From contig NC_043015.1 of assembly GCF_006345805.1 (NCBI RefSeq), forward strand, positions 930,001 to 994,000: a stretch of DNA of 64,000 nt, given 5' to 3'. Shown in pieces: positions 10,621 to 23,438 of this stretch. The position numbers were made by a program, and so were the translations under genes. Each line of letters starts with the position of its first letter. Position 1 is the stretch's first letter. Below the pieces are notes generated by a model. It worked only from the letters and a program-made list of their open reading frames with translations. It was not told the origin of the DNA and ran no database searches. Origin of the DNA: Octopus sinensis (taxonomy: Eukaryota).

Positions 10621-13529
10621 TCCACCAGTTAGCCGCTTATTTGAAACCGATATTTAACATAAACGTCAATTTCAAGCAGGAGTAAGTTGAGAAATTCGAA
10701 CATGTTTTCGCTACTTGTTTCGGGTTCATATATAATTGTAGAAAGCCATAATCGCAGTGCAACTAGTGTCAAATCCACTACACGATTTTGTTTCTACAAA
10801 TACTATTTTCTGCTTCAGTCAATAATGCTGTTGTAGTTTAGTCTAGGTCAGTTTGGATCGAACAGATCAATAATCAGGAGCCTTCCAACTATGATCAATT
10901 CCTCACACATTTCCAATCTCAGCCAATTCCAATCTCTTCATCGGTGTCTATGAAACTTCCGTGCTATTGAAACAGAGAGAAGAAGGTATCCTAAAACCCA
11001 GACTTGGCCACTCTTTCCAGCAGAGCAAAAAATAACGTAGAAGATATACTTTGTTATCTAGTGATCTGCTATGCTTATGTTTTTTAAACACCGGTTGACC
11101 ATTATAGATCAAACTTATGATCAAAAAGAAGCCACAAGCCCCCGCGGAACCCATGAAGACATTCTCCAATTGTCCAGCAACTCACGGTCGGCAGATTTAG
11201 CTGCTTTTTCTAAAAGTTTACGGAAGAACATTTTTTTCTCACTCTGTTTTAATTTAATTTATTAAAATCTTCATTAATAGTATATTTATTACATTTACTG
11301 ATGACAAAATAGATTATTTTTCTTTTCATAAGATCAGTATTTCATCTAAGCTTAAGCTTCATCTGAAAACTGCAAAAAAAAATCTATGGAAATTTAAATT
11401 CATTGAAAAACAGAAAGTAAATTCTGCATATAATGATCAAATTTGATATCATTCTTCCTCCTTGACACTAAGCAGAAGGCTTGTAAAATACTGGTTTGCA
11501 CCTTCACACGAATGCTGTGTACCAATTTTTAACGTAGTTTAGGATCAACGCCGAGAATCATCCTTGATGATACCCGGGGTTATTTTGGATTAATTTTCCT
11601 AAAATGTAACCACCATGTTAGAAACAAGCGTTCGCTTCGTTGGATATTGCAAGAGAACCAAGGAAGATCTGATTAGTGGTACCCAATTTTGGACAGCGTG
11701 ACACAGTCGTAATCACATTAGTCGCCTTGCAAAGACATACATCATTCATTTCAAAGATGACGCTAGATGTGTGACCAATAGGAAATATGACATGCCATGA
11801 AATATAGAGACGCCTGAGTTTTGGGAGCAAGGTTATGTGAATTCAAGCAAACACAACCCGGTGATGAAGATGATGAGATTCGGTTATCCTTTTGAGTTGC
11901 CATTGTTTTGTTGGCATTATAAATAATATCATTGCTATCAATACAATAATTAAACTAACATTAGACGTGGAGGCCATTTTAATGGCGTTTAGTCTAGCTT
12001 AGTGTTGTCCGAGTTGAGCACTCCCACTTTAGCATTCAGACATCCCATGTTTTTAATAGCATAGAGGACTAAATTTTAGAAGGTACCTTTTCCTTTATTG
12101 AAAATGTGATATATGTTAAGATTTAGGTAATATTTCTTGCAAGTAGTATGACCACTTAGAGTCTCCTCGTGATATAGGAGTCGTAGCAGCGATAGTAATC
12201 TGCGTGAAAGAACAGCTGTAATGGCGGAGTATGAAGCGAAGGAAAGACAAATTATAAATTAGCGCTGGCCTCTAGTGAATACTGTAGGAACGTAATTGTG
12301 AAGGCGACGAATACAGTTGTATATGTGTTGGTGATGATCGCTGGAGTGTTAGTTTTAGATGATATAGTGAAGAAGAATTTTATGAATACAATAAATATTA
12401 ATTGCCACCGAAGTAAACGGTGTCATGAGTAAAAATTGCCACTTGATAAGAGGGTGGAGTTCGGATGATGGAAATGAAAATAATGATGATTATTCAGATG
12501 TCCTCATTGTTGTGGCTTGTCATGGTCGTAGTGGGTTGACTTGGCTGAGTCTTATGCGTTAAATGAAATGTGAGGACAGAGACGGTAGAATAACCGGAGA
12601 GCGGTGGATTAAATAGTATGGATATAGTATTTAGTACTGTCCCTTTGAGGGCATCATCTCACAATGCGATGTATGTGTTACGGGATCGAAGCGTGTTCGT
12701 GGTAATGGTAAATATGTAATGATAAGAAATTCGTAATTATAACAAGAATAATAGTAAAACTAATACAGTGGTTATACAAATATATATATATACATATATA
12801 TACATGGTTTGTCATACACGCACACACGATCCCCCCGAGTGCATTTATATATATATATATATATATGGTATAACATATTCTTGGAATAAACATCTTGGGT
12901 TTTCTCCCATCAGCTAGTATTTGGGCTTGTAGGTAGAAAACAAAAAAAATTATCTAAAAGTGGCGTTCATTTAGACAATACAGAAGAAAATAGCATTTTT
13001 TATTTTTTTTTTGTTTAAGTCTTAGAACTTCGGCCATGCTGGAGGAATGTCTTGAAATTTTAGAATAAAGAGCAAACTATAGAATATATTGTACCATTTT
13101 GTTTTCTCGGGCCGTTAATTTAAGAGGGCTTAAGACAAACGAACATCTTTTAACCAAAAGCGCATACTCACGCATGTAGACAGACAGACAGACGCACGCA
13201 CGTACACATGCGAACACACACGTATATGTACATATATAAATTTATATATATACATATATATATATATAGAATATACGTATAAACATACATATAGTCATAT
13301 ACACATATATACAACTGTACATATAATATATATATATATATAAAGAGAGAGAGAGAGAGAGAGATAGATAGTAAATAGATAGATACAGATAGATATGGCC
13401 GGAGTATAGGGTTATTCTGATGGGGCTGAAATCCAGAGTAAACCCATAGGCCGGCCATATCTGACCTTATCAATATACTCTACTGCTATATTACTTACAA
13501 TGTGCTTCCTTGTGGGATATATGATTTAC

Positions 13530-13592
<63 letters not shown>

Positions 13593-13599
13593 TTATATA

Positions 13600-14120
13600 A
13601 CGTAAATCCTTGATTATAGTTCGCCCTCGGGCATAATGCGCAAGGGATTTTGAGGGGACTGTACCTCTGGAAAACCTAAATATTGTGCATAATACGCACC
13701 CTTTCTCTAACTTGGGTCGTGCGTAATTAAGCCAGCAGCACCTAGTCGAAGAAACACTTCCGCGCATGCGTAATACAATAATGGTGATTTTCTTAACTGT
13801 TATATGGGAATGTAAATATGTTTGCGAATTGTTTTTGTTACATGTTATTCTGTGTTCTGAATACTTTTATTTTAATAAATGTTATTTACTGCAAGTTATG
13901 GATAGTTATTTTATGACTTCATTGCTTTCAGGCTTAGTTTAAGGTGTTTTCGCGCCCGGCATCACAAAATGCGCCTGAATAAACATTGCAGGACAGGAAA
14001 TAGAGACTCGGACATTGCTTATAAAATAGTTTTCATTTTTAACCTCGTATATAGTACGCACTAGGGATTTTGACCTTTAAATTTTGGGAGAAAATGCGGA
14101 TTATACTCGAGGATTTACGG
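13600..14120. mobile_element. Tc1/mariner-superfamily (pogo/Tc2-like) MITE, 521 bp
   Basis: Left ACGTAAATCCTTGATTATAGTTCGC versus right reverse complement CCGTAAATCCTCGAGTATAATCCGC. TA flanks both ends (13598-13599, 14121-14122), and there are subterminal GCATAAT(G/A)CGCA repeats. Confidence 0.8.
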
Positions 14121-14698
14121 TATATGTATATGCGAAGGCTCTCCTCCCTTTCAAATTCCGTCCACGAGATCCCGTCTTAAGTCTATGGCAAAAGACGCTG
14201 AATGTGCAACACGGTAGGACTGAAACCAGATCACCGTGGTTGAAAACCAAATTTGCTATCACCACAACTACGATTGTACCATCATACAGAAGATGTTGAT
14301 AGTATTTCTGATTTCGTTTCTATATGTGAATCTCCTTACAATTTAATTTTTCCTATGATCCCATAAAAATCGTAGCGTTTTTTAAAGAAAACAATTTGAA
14401 AAGTAGTTTGAACCGTCTTATATACAAGTATTGTTATATTATTTCTTTCATTGCTAACCACTAAAATTTATCTTTCGTTAAAATACATATAGACAATGTA
14501 GTAAATATGTAAGTAATTTAACTAAGACGATTGATTACTGCACCTCTCCTTCGAAGTATTACTGAAATTAGGATGTAGTATATTTTCACACATAAAAATT
14601 TGTAGATACACACACACACACAAATACAAACACACACGCACACACGCACACACGCACACAGACACACAGACACACACACACACACTCACACACACACT

Positions 14699-14733
<35 letters not shown>

Positions 14734-15889
14734 TTGTGTGTGCGGTGGGTATTTCTTGAATATTTCTGGCTAAAATCTGTTAAAAGAAACATACGGAAAA
14801 TCATCATAATGTATATGTGTATGCGTATATATATATCTATCTGTGTATGTTTGTTTGCATGTATGTATAGGCCTAGTGTTTACAATACTAACGAGAAAAA
14901 AATGGCTTCTCCGTATTTCCTTCCCTTATTCTTGTTCATATATCTATTCACTCATTCATTCGTTCGTTTGTTTATTTTCTTTCTCTTTTTTTTTTTAAAG
15001 TCAGTTAACAACACCACCTTTTGACATTTCTTAGCTATTACTGCTGCCCGGAGAAGGAAATACACAAATATTTTTTTTTTATTCCAACATATTTCTCACT
15101 TATTTTATTTTATGTGTTATTTATTATTATTATTATTGTGTGTCTTTTCGTCATATATTCTCTGTATTTTTCTGTTTTTCTGTTTGTTTCTTCCTCTCTT
15201 CTCTCTTGTTAACTTTACCAGTATTGGATGTCCGGAGAAAGTTTTGTATGCAAACGGCAAATATTTCTTGATTATGATTGATTAGATTGTGAAGATCAAG
15301 GGTTCATATTGGCTTAACTCCATCATGGTTTAAAATCATTCAAATCATGATTGATATAGAATGTAATAGCTCGAGAGAAACCAGCCGGAGTAGAAGCAAT
15401 AACGACATCAGCATCAACAGGAAAAGAACTACATCACCAACACCACTAACAACGACAACAACAACAACAACAGCAACAACTAATACAACGAAGCCAGAAC
15501 TAAATGATCAACAACAACAATAGAAGCATAAATAATAATAACAACGAATATTTGGTCACATCAAGATAGTAATAACAACATTGTCAAGCAAACTGATATA
15601 AAATAATGCGAACAAATAGTATTAAATATGGAGGCGGAATTAATGAAATATGGTGTGGAATAAAATAGGGAATGAAAGAGGGAATAAGTGTTGTGTGAGC
15701 TGAACAAATTGGGAAGAAACGTAGTAAACATTAATCCTCTTACAACTCTCTATCTTCCCTATTATAAGCAATGTACAAAACTAACAAGATTTACTGCTGC
15801 TAGTCAGTAAAATTGTTTGAAAACTAAATAGCAAAAGACCAAAAAATGATGTGTTGCCGAATATACCATATGTCTTAAATTAACGGTTT

Positions 15890-16105
15890 CAAATTTTTTA
15901 TGCGAGGCCACCATTTTTGAAGAGGGATAAGTCGATTACATTGGCCCATCAGTGTTCAAATGGTGCTTATTTTATCGACCCTGAAAGGAAGACACGCAAA
16001 CTCGATCTCGGCCGAATGTGCAAAATCATGCTCAGAATGCAAGGAGGAGTGAAATTACGTCAGATATTTTTCCCGGCGTGCTATCAACACTGCCAGCTCG
16101 CCGCC
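15890..16105 (-). mobile_element. SINE family A (A2), diverged
   Basis: Reverse-complement match; the source of ORF 15917..16222. Confidence 0.75.
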
Positions 16106-16141
16106 TTCGACAACAACAATATTGATAACATCAATAAAAAT

Positions 16142-16182
<41 letters not shown>

Positions 16183-16569
16183 GAAGAAGAAGAAAGAAGA
16201 AGAAGAAGAAGAAGAAGAGTAAAAACAAGAGGACTCAGAGTGCGCAAGTCTCCTTCAAGGTAACATCAACGCCCTTTCAACGATTAGCAAACGATGATTT
16301 TTAAAATGAGAATATCCAACATAAATTCGACTGTTCTCGCAAATGCGAATGCTAAAAATGAACACGACCGCTCTCAAAAATTAAGTAAAAAAAAAACGGT
16401 AAAATGATTCAGAATTCTTGTCGGGTACCTGAATGATCACAATGGTAGACATGGAATGCGAAGGTGGCTGTAGAAAATTCAATAATAATAATAATAAATA
16501 GTTTATCCTTATCTAATACAAGCCAAAGTTAACAAATCCGCCATTCAAATTAGTTTCAATGGTGGAGGT

Positions 16570-16955
16570 GGATGGAAGCACTCCGTCGGTCACGACGATG
16601 AGGGTTCCGGTTGATCCGAATCAACGGAACAGCCTGCTCGTGAAATTAACGTGTAAGTGGCCGAGCACTCCACAGACACGTGTACCCTTAACGTAGTTCT
16701 CGGGGATATTCAGCGTGACACAGAGAGTGACAAGGCCGGCCCTTTGAAATACAGGTACAACAGAAGCAGGAATTAAGAGTGAGAGAAAGTTGTGGTGAAA
16801 GAGTACAGCAGGGATCACCACCATCCACTGCCGGAGCCTCGTGGAGCTTTAGGTGTTTTCGCTCAATAAACACTCACAACGCCCGGTTTGGGAATCGAAA
16901 CCGCGATCCTATGACCGCGAGTCCGCTGCCCTAACCACTGGGCCATTGCGCCTCC
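16570..16955 (-). mobile_element. SINE family B, full length (tRNA-derived; resembles described octopus OR-type SINEs)
   Basis: A-box TGGCCCAGTGG, B-box GTTTCGATTCC, TCCA-repeat tail. Near-identical to 17386-17773 and 44970-45357. Confidence 0.9.
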
Positions 16956-17030
<75 letters not shown>

Positions 17031-17385
17031 AAGAAGAGTAGTAAAAACAAGAGGACTCAGAGAGTGCAAGTCTCCTTCAAAGTAACATCAACGCCCTTTC
17101 AACGATTAGCCAACGATGATTTTTAAAATGAGAATATCCAACATAAATTCGACCGCTCTCGCAAATGAGAATGCTAAAAATGAACAAGACCGCTCTCAAA
17201 AATTAAGTAAAAAAACGGTAAAATAATTCAGAATCCTTGTTGGGTACCTGAATGATCACAATGGTAGTCATGGAATTCGAAGGTGGCTGTAGAAAATTCA
17301 ATAATGATATTAAATAGTTTATCCTTATCTAATACAAGCCAAAGTTAACAAATCCGCCATTCAAAATAGTTTCAATGGTGGAGGT

Positions 17386-17773
17386 GGATGGAAGCACTCC
17401 GTCGGTTACGACGATGAGGGTTCCGGTTGATCCGAATCAACGGAACAGCCTGCTCGTGAAATTAACGTGTAAGTGGCTGAGCACTCCACAGACACGTGTA
17501 CCCTTAACGTAGTTCTCCGGGGATATTCAGCGTGACACATAGAGTGACAAGGCCGGCCCTTTGAAATACAGGTACAACAGAAACAGGAAGTAAGAGTGAG
17601 AGAAAGTTGTGGTGAAAGAGTACAGCAGGGATCACCACCATCCCCTGCCGGAGCCTCGTGGAGCTTTAGGTGTTTTCGCTCAATAAACACTCACAACGCC
17701 CGGTCTGGAAATCGAGACCGTGATCCTATGACCGCGAATCCGCTACCCTAACCACTGGGCCATTGCGCCTCCA
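17386..17773 (-). mobile_element. SINE family B, full length with 13-bp TSD
   Basis: TSD CAATGGTGGAGGT (17373-17385) / CAATGTTGGAGGT (17774-17786). Confidence 0.9.
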
Positions 17774-18184
17774 CAATGTTGGAGGTAATAATGATAAGTT
17801 CTACTCAGGAAATTTTAAATGAATAGCATGAGACCTTTCGGTTTTCTCTTCCCATAAGTTCCAGCCTTCCTCTAACATTCCTGTTGTTTTAGAGCGATGT
17901 ATGTATATGTGTAACTGTACTGTAAATTGTTAATATGAATGTATAATATAAAATGCATTTATTATAAAAATATGTTTGCGTTATTAAATTTCTGAACGGT
18001 TTCGCTGCCGTTTGTTTATGCAGTTTTATATGTTTATCAATCAGTCTCTACTAAGATAGAGACACGAGTAAAATTAATAATTATGAAACGAAAAAAAAAA
18101 ACTTCGGAAACAGCCTACAGGGAGATAATTGAGAAAGACTTGAAAGTCAACTTAAGATCGCAATTTTGTAATGTAAAGTAAATA

Positions 18185-18380
18185 TAACAAATAACCCTGT
18201 ATCCTTGTCCTGTACCGGACCGATCCCAAATTCTAATCCGTTTGTGCCACTTATGAAGCCAAACATCTCTGAAAATTTGATCCCAATCTATCCAGCGGTT
18301 CTTGGGATATCTTTTCCACGGATAAACAAACAGGACAGAAAATAATACCACAGCCTTCTGTAAGGCGGAAGTAATTAATA
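18185..18380 (+). mobile_element. HINE/Helentron-like element, 3' part
   Basis: AAATTTGATCCCAATCTATCCAGCGGTTCTTGGGATATC, (ACAA) microsatellite and terminal hairpin CCTTCTGTAAGG followed by CGGAAGTAAT. Appears to continue the family whose 5' part starts AACAAGAGGACTCAGAG at 16224 and 17046. Confidence 0.6.
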
Positions 18381-18389
18381 ATCATTTCT

Positions 18390-18795
18390 ACTGGAAGCAT
18401 ATAGCCTCAAATATGGGGGGAAAGGATTAAGTCGTTTACATCGACCCAGTGCGTAACTGGTACTTATTTAATAGACCCCGAAATGATGAAAGGCAAAGAC
18501 GACCCAGGCTGACAAATTACCGCTAAGCGTTTCGTCCGACATGCTAGAGAAGAATGAAAATAAGATTGATAATGAGTGTTGGTTTAGGCACAAGACCAGC
18601 CATTTTTAGTGGAAAATTAACCAGTCAATGACCAAGGGAGACGTCTATATTTTTTCTACTCTAGCTACAAGGCCCAAAATTTTTGGAGAGGGGGGTCAGT
18701 CGATTAGATCGATTCCAGCACGCAACTGGTACTTAATTTATCAACCCAGAAAGGATGAAAGGCAAAATTGACCTCGGTGGAATTTGAGCTCAGTG
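18390..18795 (-). mobile_element. two SINE family A (A2) copies
   Basis: Minus-strand bodies at about 18390-18550 and 18650-18795. Confidence 0.75.
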
Positions 18796-19104
18796 GGAGC
18801 TACATTGTAAAATATCTGATGAAACGCGCAAAACCTTTCCGTAAAATTTGCTACGTGTTCATATATGACGGTTTATGAGAATCAACTTTCATGGAAGGCA
18901 CACCTAAATCACTTGTATTTACACAATTTTCCCTACTTACAGCAATGCTTCGATTATCGCGGGCATTACGTTGTTGAACACCCCTCGATAGATGACAACT
19001 CGTGAATTAGAGAGGTACTGCATATGTTTTTAACTAGTTTTGTAATTTCAATATATTTATTTTATTATATATGCAAAACAACATCACGGAAGAATCGACG
19101 TAAG

Positions 19105-19157
19105 CTTGAATAATAAACCGCGATAAGTGAACCGCGATATGGTGAAGGATTACAGTA
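19105..19157. mobile_element. pogo/Tigger-like terminal fragment
   Basis: CCGCGATAAGTGAACCGCGATATGGTGAAGGATTACAG|TA resembles Tigger-type right ends. No partner TIR found. Confidence 0.4.
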
Positions 19158-19391
19158 CACTCACTCCAAGGGCACTTAAAATAATTCGTTCTCTAAATAC
19201 GAGTGACACGGTTTTTCATGAATGAAAGTATTTTATTGAATAAAATATTCCAAAACCTTTTGTTTGCAATTTTCTTGAAAATTCCCACGTCGATTAAGAA
19301 TTTATTGTTAAAAACTATGTTGGTATTGTTTTCAAAATAATTTCATGAATATATGTCACCCGCGCCAATTTCTCCTACGATGTATATCTCT

Positions 19392-19517
19392 TTACATTAA
19401 AGTAATCATAGGTGGAGGCAGCTGGTGATGTATGCATGAATGATGTTGTTCTGGTTGGTTCGGTTTCATCTTTAGCTCGGTAATCTTGTTGATGTACGAG
19501 CGAGTACTGGAAATATC
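19392..19517 (-). CDS. candidate terminal exon of a coiled-coil protein (DISSTRSYINKITELKMKPNQPEQHHSCIHHQLPPPMITLM*)
   Basis: Acceptor CTGTCTTTTACCCCAAACCAG and 41 open codons to TAA. Downstream AATAAA at 19301-19306 and 19232-19237 on the minus strand. Joins in phase 0 to 29180-29230. Confidence 0.35.
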   Translation of the reverse strand, partial: DISSTRSYINKITELKMKPNQPEQHHSCIHHQLPPPMITLM

Positions 19518-19639
19518 CTGGTTTGGGGTAAAAGACAGTACAGGACAATCAGTTAATTATGACGTTATTAAACAAATTCATCTTTCATATAATGACTTTA
19601 TTAAAAAATGCATCTGTTATATACATATTCACACACGTA

Positions 19640-19750
19640 TTGCAGCTTTCCTTCAGTTTTCTACACCCTATAAAAGTACTCGGAAGTTTGGGCACCCACC
19701 CGAGCCGTTCTCGACAGCCTTAAAGCCAGAAACTTTTCAGTACCCCGTCA
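19640..19750 (-). mobile_element. mariner-like 5' end/TIR fragment
   Basis: The minus strand reads GGGGTACTGAAAAGTTTCTGGCTTT, similar to mariner TIRs. No partner end seen. Confidence 0.4.
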
Positions 19751-20805
19751 TAGTTCTTTTAATGTTCATTTTATATACTTCCGGGGGATGAGGTGCGTGT
19801 GGACTTCTTTTTGCTGCTAGCGTATCTCCTGTGCTTCTGTCTTTGCCAATGTTGTAGTTTAAGTATTGGTTGATGAGTATCTATTTTCCTGGTGAAATAC
19901 TGAAGTACACAACTTGACCAACACAAGGACATCTGTGAATGTTCTTATTCTCAATTGAATGAATCAACACTTGACTGAATGCTTGAAGAAGACATATTTA
20001 TCATGTTGCAGCGAAATGTTTGATGCAACCATGCTATACCATCATCATTGAATCGCAATTTGATCACCACTTATAGCTATATCCTTGATTCCCATTTCTT
20101 GATAAATGTTTACAGAAGTGCGATCTATCTGTCAATATCTGTGTAATTTGATGAGAATTGGAAAGAATGCTGAGAAAATTGAGGTACGTGTATCGTTTCC
20201 TTGTGTTGAGTACCACATTAAAGAAAAAATATCCTCTCTAACTTAACCATTTAATCTCATTCACAACAGCATAGGAAGTGTGCTAACAATCACGTTTACT
20301 TCCTAGCCTCATTACATTCAAAATTCGACAGATACCATTATGATTCTAGTAAGTGAAATTACAAATTTGATATATTCGCCATCACGAGTTCGTTAACAGA
20401 TATATCGGTAAAAACTAAAATTGATATATCCGATTGCTTCTTTTTAAATGTTCATATGCTTATGACAAATCAATTTTAGCATTTACGTTAATGCTGGGTC
20501 AACACGATTACTATGTGTTTAACATCTGATTTCAAACGGATGAAATGATGATACTCAATTACTTGGATATATGAATACTTTTCAAGAAATATGTGGATTC
20601 GCATCGAAATTAGAATCAGATGCAACTGGAAATGAAATTGATGAAAATGCCAAATGAAAACGTTTCAAGAATATAATGTTATTACTTTTTGTTAAAATCC
20701 TGTTGAGTTCATATACTTGCCATTCATTGCTTCATGGCCCGGACGATTCTGAAGAATCAAGCACAGATGTTCATTTAATGTAACTGCATCGTCATTGCTT
20801 TAGAT

Positions 20806-21321
20806 CAGGAGTGGGAAAATTCCCTACCTGCGGGTATAATTGCGCCTGCAAACCCATTTTATTTCGCCCGCAAGCTGCCATACTCGTATGTACAAAATAT
20901 AGTAAATTTTTCAATTATAAAATTTATACAATATTCGTATAACTCTTTGCGACATAGGTCGTGTTTCCACTACGGCTTCAGACGGTTAGACTCGAACAGA
21001 AAATCGTCGGTAATTGCCATTTGAATGGAATTTATTTTTTCACTATAAAACACATATTCCCCTTGAGTCACAACTACACAGAAGTCGAAAAGTATAGAAT
21101 ACCCCATCAGTAATATAAACGTTCTAAATTCAGTGGCGGCGTTAATGCAGATGTTTCGTGTTAATTTAACATGTTAACTTATCTTTATTAATGTATATCG
21201 AATTATACATACATCTATAAAATATTTACACATATATAAAAGTTAGAACTCGTGATCCCACCGCGATCCTTTTTTGTTTGTAAATGTTTGCCCGCTGCAC
21301 TAAAGAGTGTCCCCACCCTTG
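20806..21321. mobile_element. possible hAT (Charlie-like) MITE
   Basis: Left CAGGAGTGGGAAAA versus right reverse complement CAAGGGTGGGGACA, with subterminal (C)CCGC motifs. The 8-bp TSD is not conserved. Confidence 0.4.
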
Positions 21322-21561
21322 TTTTCTGTTGCCTTTGATATTTCAGAAGTTGTGGTATATAAAACTCGTACAAACAATGCAACGATATCTAACGAGAATC
21401 TTAGCAACGCACTTCTGCGTGTGCCTTCCAAAATCTTGTAAGTGCATTAGCTGGACGGAAGATGTGTTGAAGTACGTGTGCATGCGCGAGAGCGCGTTGT
21501 CTGTTTGTACCTGCCACCGCTGGCTATTCCCTGTTGATTTGATTACGTCCTCGTATCCTAG

Positions 21562-21959
21562 TCTTTATATATAAAAGTGAAGTTGTGTGTCTGTCTCCTA
21601 CAATTTAGATTCCTAACTACTCCCACATTTTGTGGTGCAGTTTAACCAAAAGCGGGTATCTTATAGTCGTGATTCATATCGAGCCCTTCTGGGTATTAGC
21701 GCGCGTCTACGATGAGTCTACGATTTAAAAAATAATTTACCATCATTTTTTTCCATTTTAATGCATTTTTTTCTCTACTATATAAGGTAAGTAACTCTCT
21801 AAAAATGTCTACGATGAGTCAACGATTTAATAAAAAAATTACCATCATTTTTGTTCCCATTTTAATGCATTTTTTTGCTATTTTTTGGCTATAACTCTCT
21901 AAAATGCTTATATAGTTATTTCCCATACAAACCCGAGCAACGCCGGGCGATACTGCTAG
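21562..21959 (+). mobile_element. non-autonomous Helitron
   Basis: 5' TC, 3' hairpin CCCGAGCAACGCCGGG then CTAG|T. Same family as 35525-35816, with an internal duplication of about 90 bp. Confidence 0.85.
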
Positions 21960-23049
21960 TAATTTATAAAACAAGAACGACCGAATACTTACCAAGCATA
22001 AATATAATAACTAGAACAGTTTTGTTCGACTCAGAATCTTCAAGGATTTGCCCCAGCAAGACCTCAAATCTAGGAGTGAAACAAGGAAGAGAAAAGAAAT
22101 AAAATGAATAGAAAAATCTCCAAAGATTTTGCCTTTATATACAAGAAAAAAGGCAATTTATCAAGTCAGGTGACGTGCCATTGGAACCAGCTCAATGTGA
22201 ATGACGGATTACGTGATAAATGGTTGCCACTGCATCTTGTCAACAATGTGACAGCGAACATGCCGGTGCACTAGCAACTGTAATGTACTAATGTTGTCTA
22301 AATTCCCTTGCAATTTTTGGTTCATGTTCCCTAATTAAAGTATGAAATTTATCTTAATTATATTACTTTTATAGCGATTAATGAACAGTGTGTTAAGAAG
22401 AAACACAAACCAAATATTCATTCTGTTATATAATGAACGTTAAATGTGAGATTTATTCTGGCTCAGGGACTATACGAACACAGATAATTAGCTCACCAAA
22501 ACGATTTACAGAATATTATTATTTCAGACAGGACAAACATTCCTTCTACCTTAACGAATTCAATACATTTTTGTAATTGATTTATTTATTGTTCTTCAAC
22601 GTTTCTTGTTCTTCGCCATCCTAATTGTTACGCATATTATTATCATCATACGCACGTTACAAAATGCGCGAACAGCTTTGGCATTTTTGGACTAGGATTG
22701 GAGAGAAAAATCCTAAAACGCTAAAATAGGAACATTTGAATAGAATCTACTTTCACAATAAACTAGAGTTCTAATCCAATGTTCGACGAGTTCAATTTTG
22801 CACCCTGTCATTTCACATTTCAGTATCGGTAAAATAAACGCTAATCAAGTATTGAGAACATTAGCAGTGAATTACCCTTGACCTACTCTGAGACGGAGTA
22901 TCGAGAATCTGCTGCAAAATCATTCAAAGAAATGCAACGGGATTGAAATATTAAGGCCTATAACTCTGCTCAATAGTGAGTTGAAGATTTAAGCTAAGAT
23001 GCTCGCCAAGGGGGTGGCATTTGTTATATGTATATATGTATACAAGTAA

Positions 23050-23095
<46 letters not shown>

Positions 23096-23438
23096 TTGCG
23101 GCCAAAATGTTCAAAACGGCATTGTTTTCGTCAGAAAAGTAGGTATAAGTTTTTATCAAAGTTGTTTTGTATTGTATAATTTTCACAGACAATAAATAAA
23201 TACCATATTATTTGTTATTGTCTGAGATTTTGGTGTAATTTGAGAGGATAATACAAAAGTTATGGATGATTTAGTGATTTACTGCAAAACCCATGGCGGC
23301 CAAAATTATCAGAACGGTTGCTTTTACTCCATGTTTTAGTATATTTAACCGTCAAACTCTAATGTTTTGAATTTGTTTACGTGACAGTTCGTTTACTAAA
23401 CATTAGTAAGAATATCTGCAGTGTACTTTGTTAATATA

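Larger units (their letters stand above)
16181..17773. repeat. tandem duplication with a unit of about 820 bp: (AAT)n(AAG)n + HINE-like element + SINE B
   Basis: 16221-16955 aligns to 17043-17772 with scattered substitutions and small indels (offsets 816-822). Confidence 0.9.

Noticed and set aside
16621-17690. Recurring ORFs MFIERKHLKLHE... (also 7899, 45088)
   Set aside because: Read-through of SINE family B copies.
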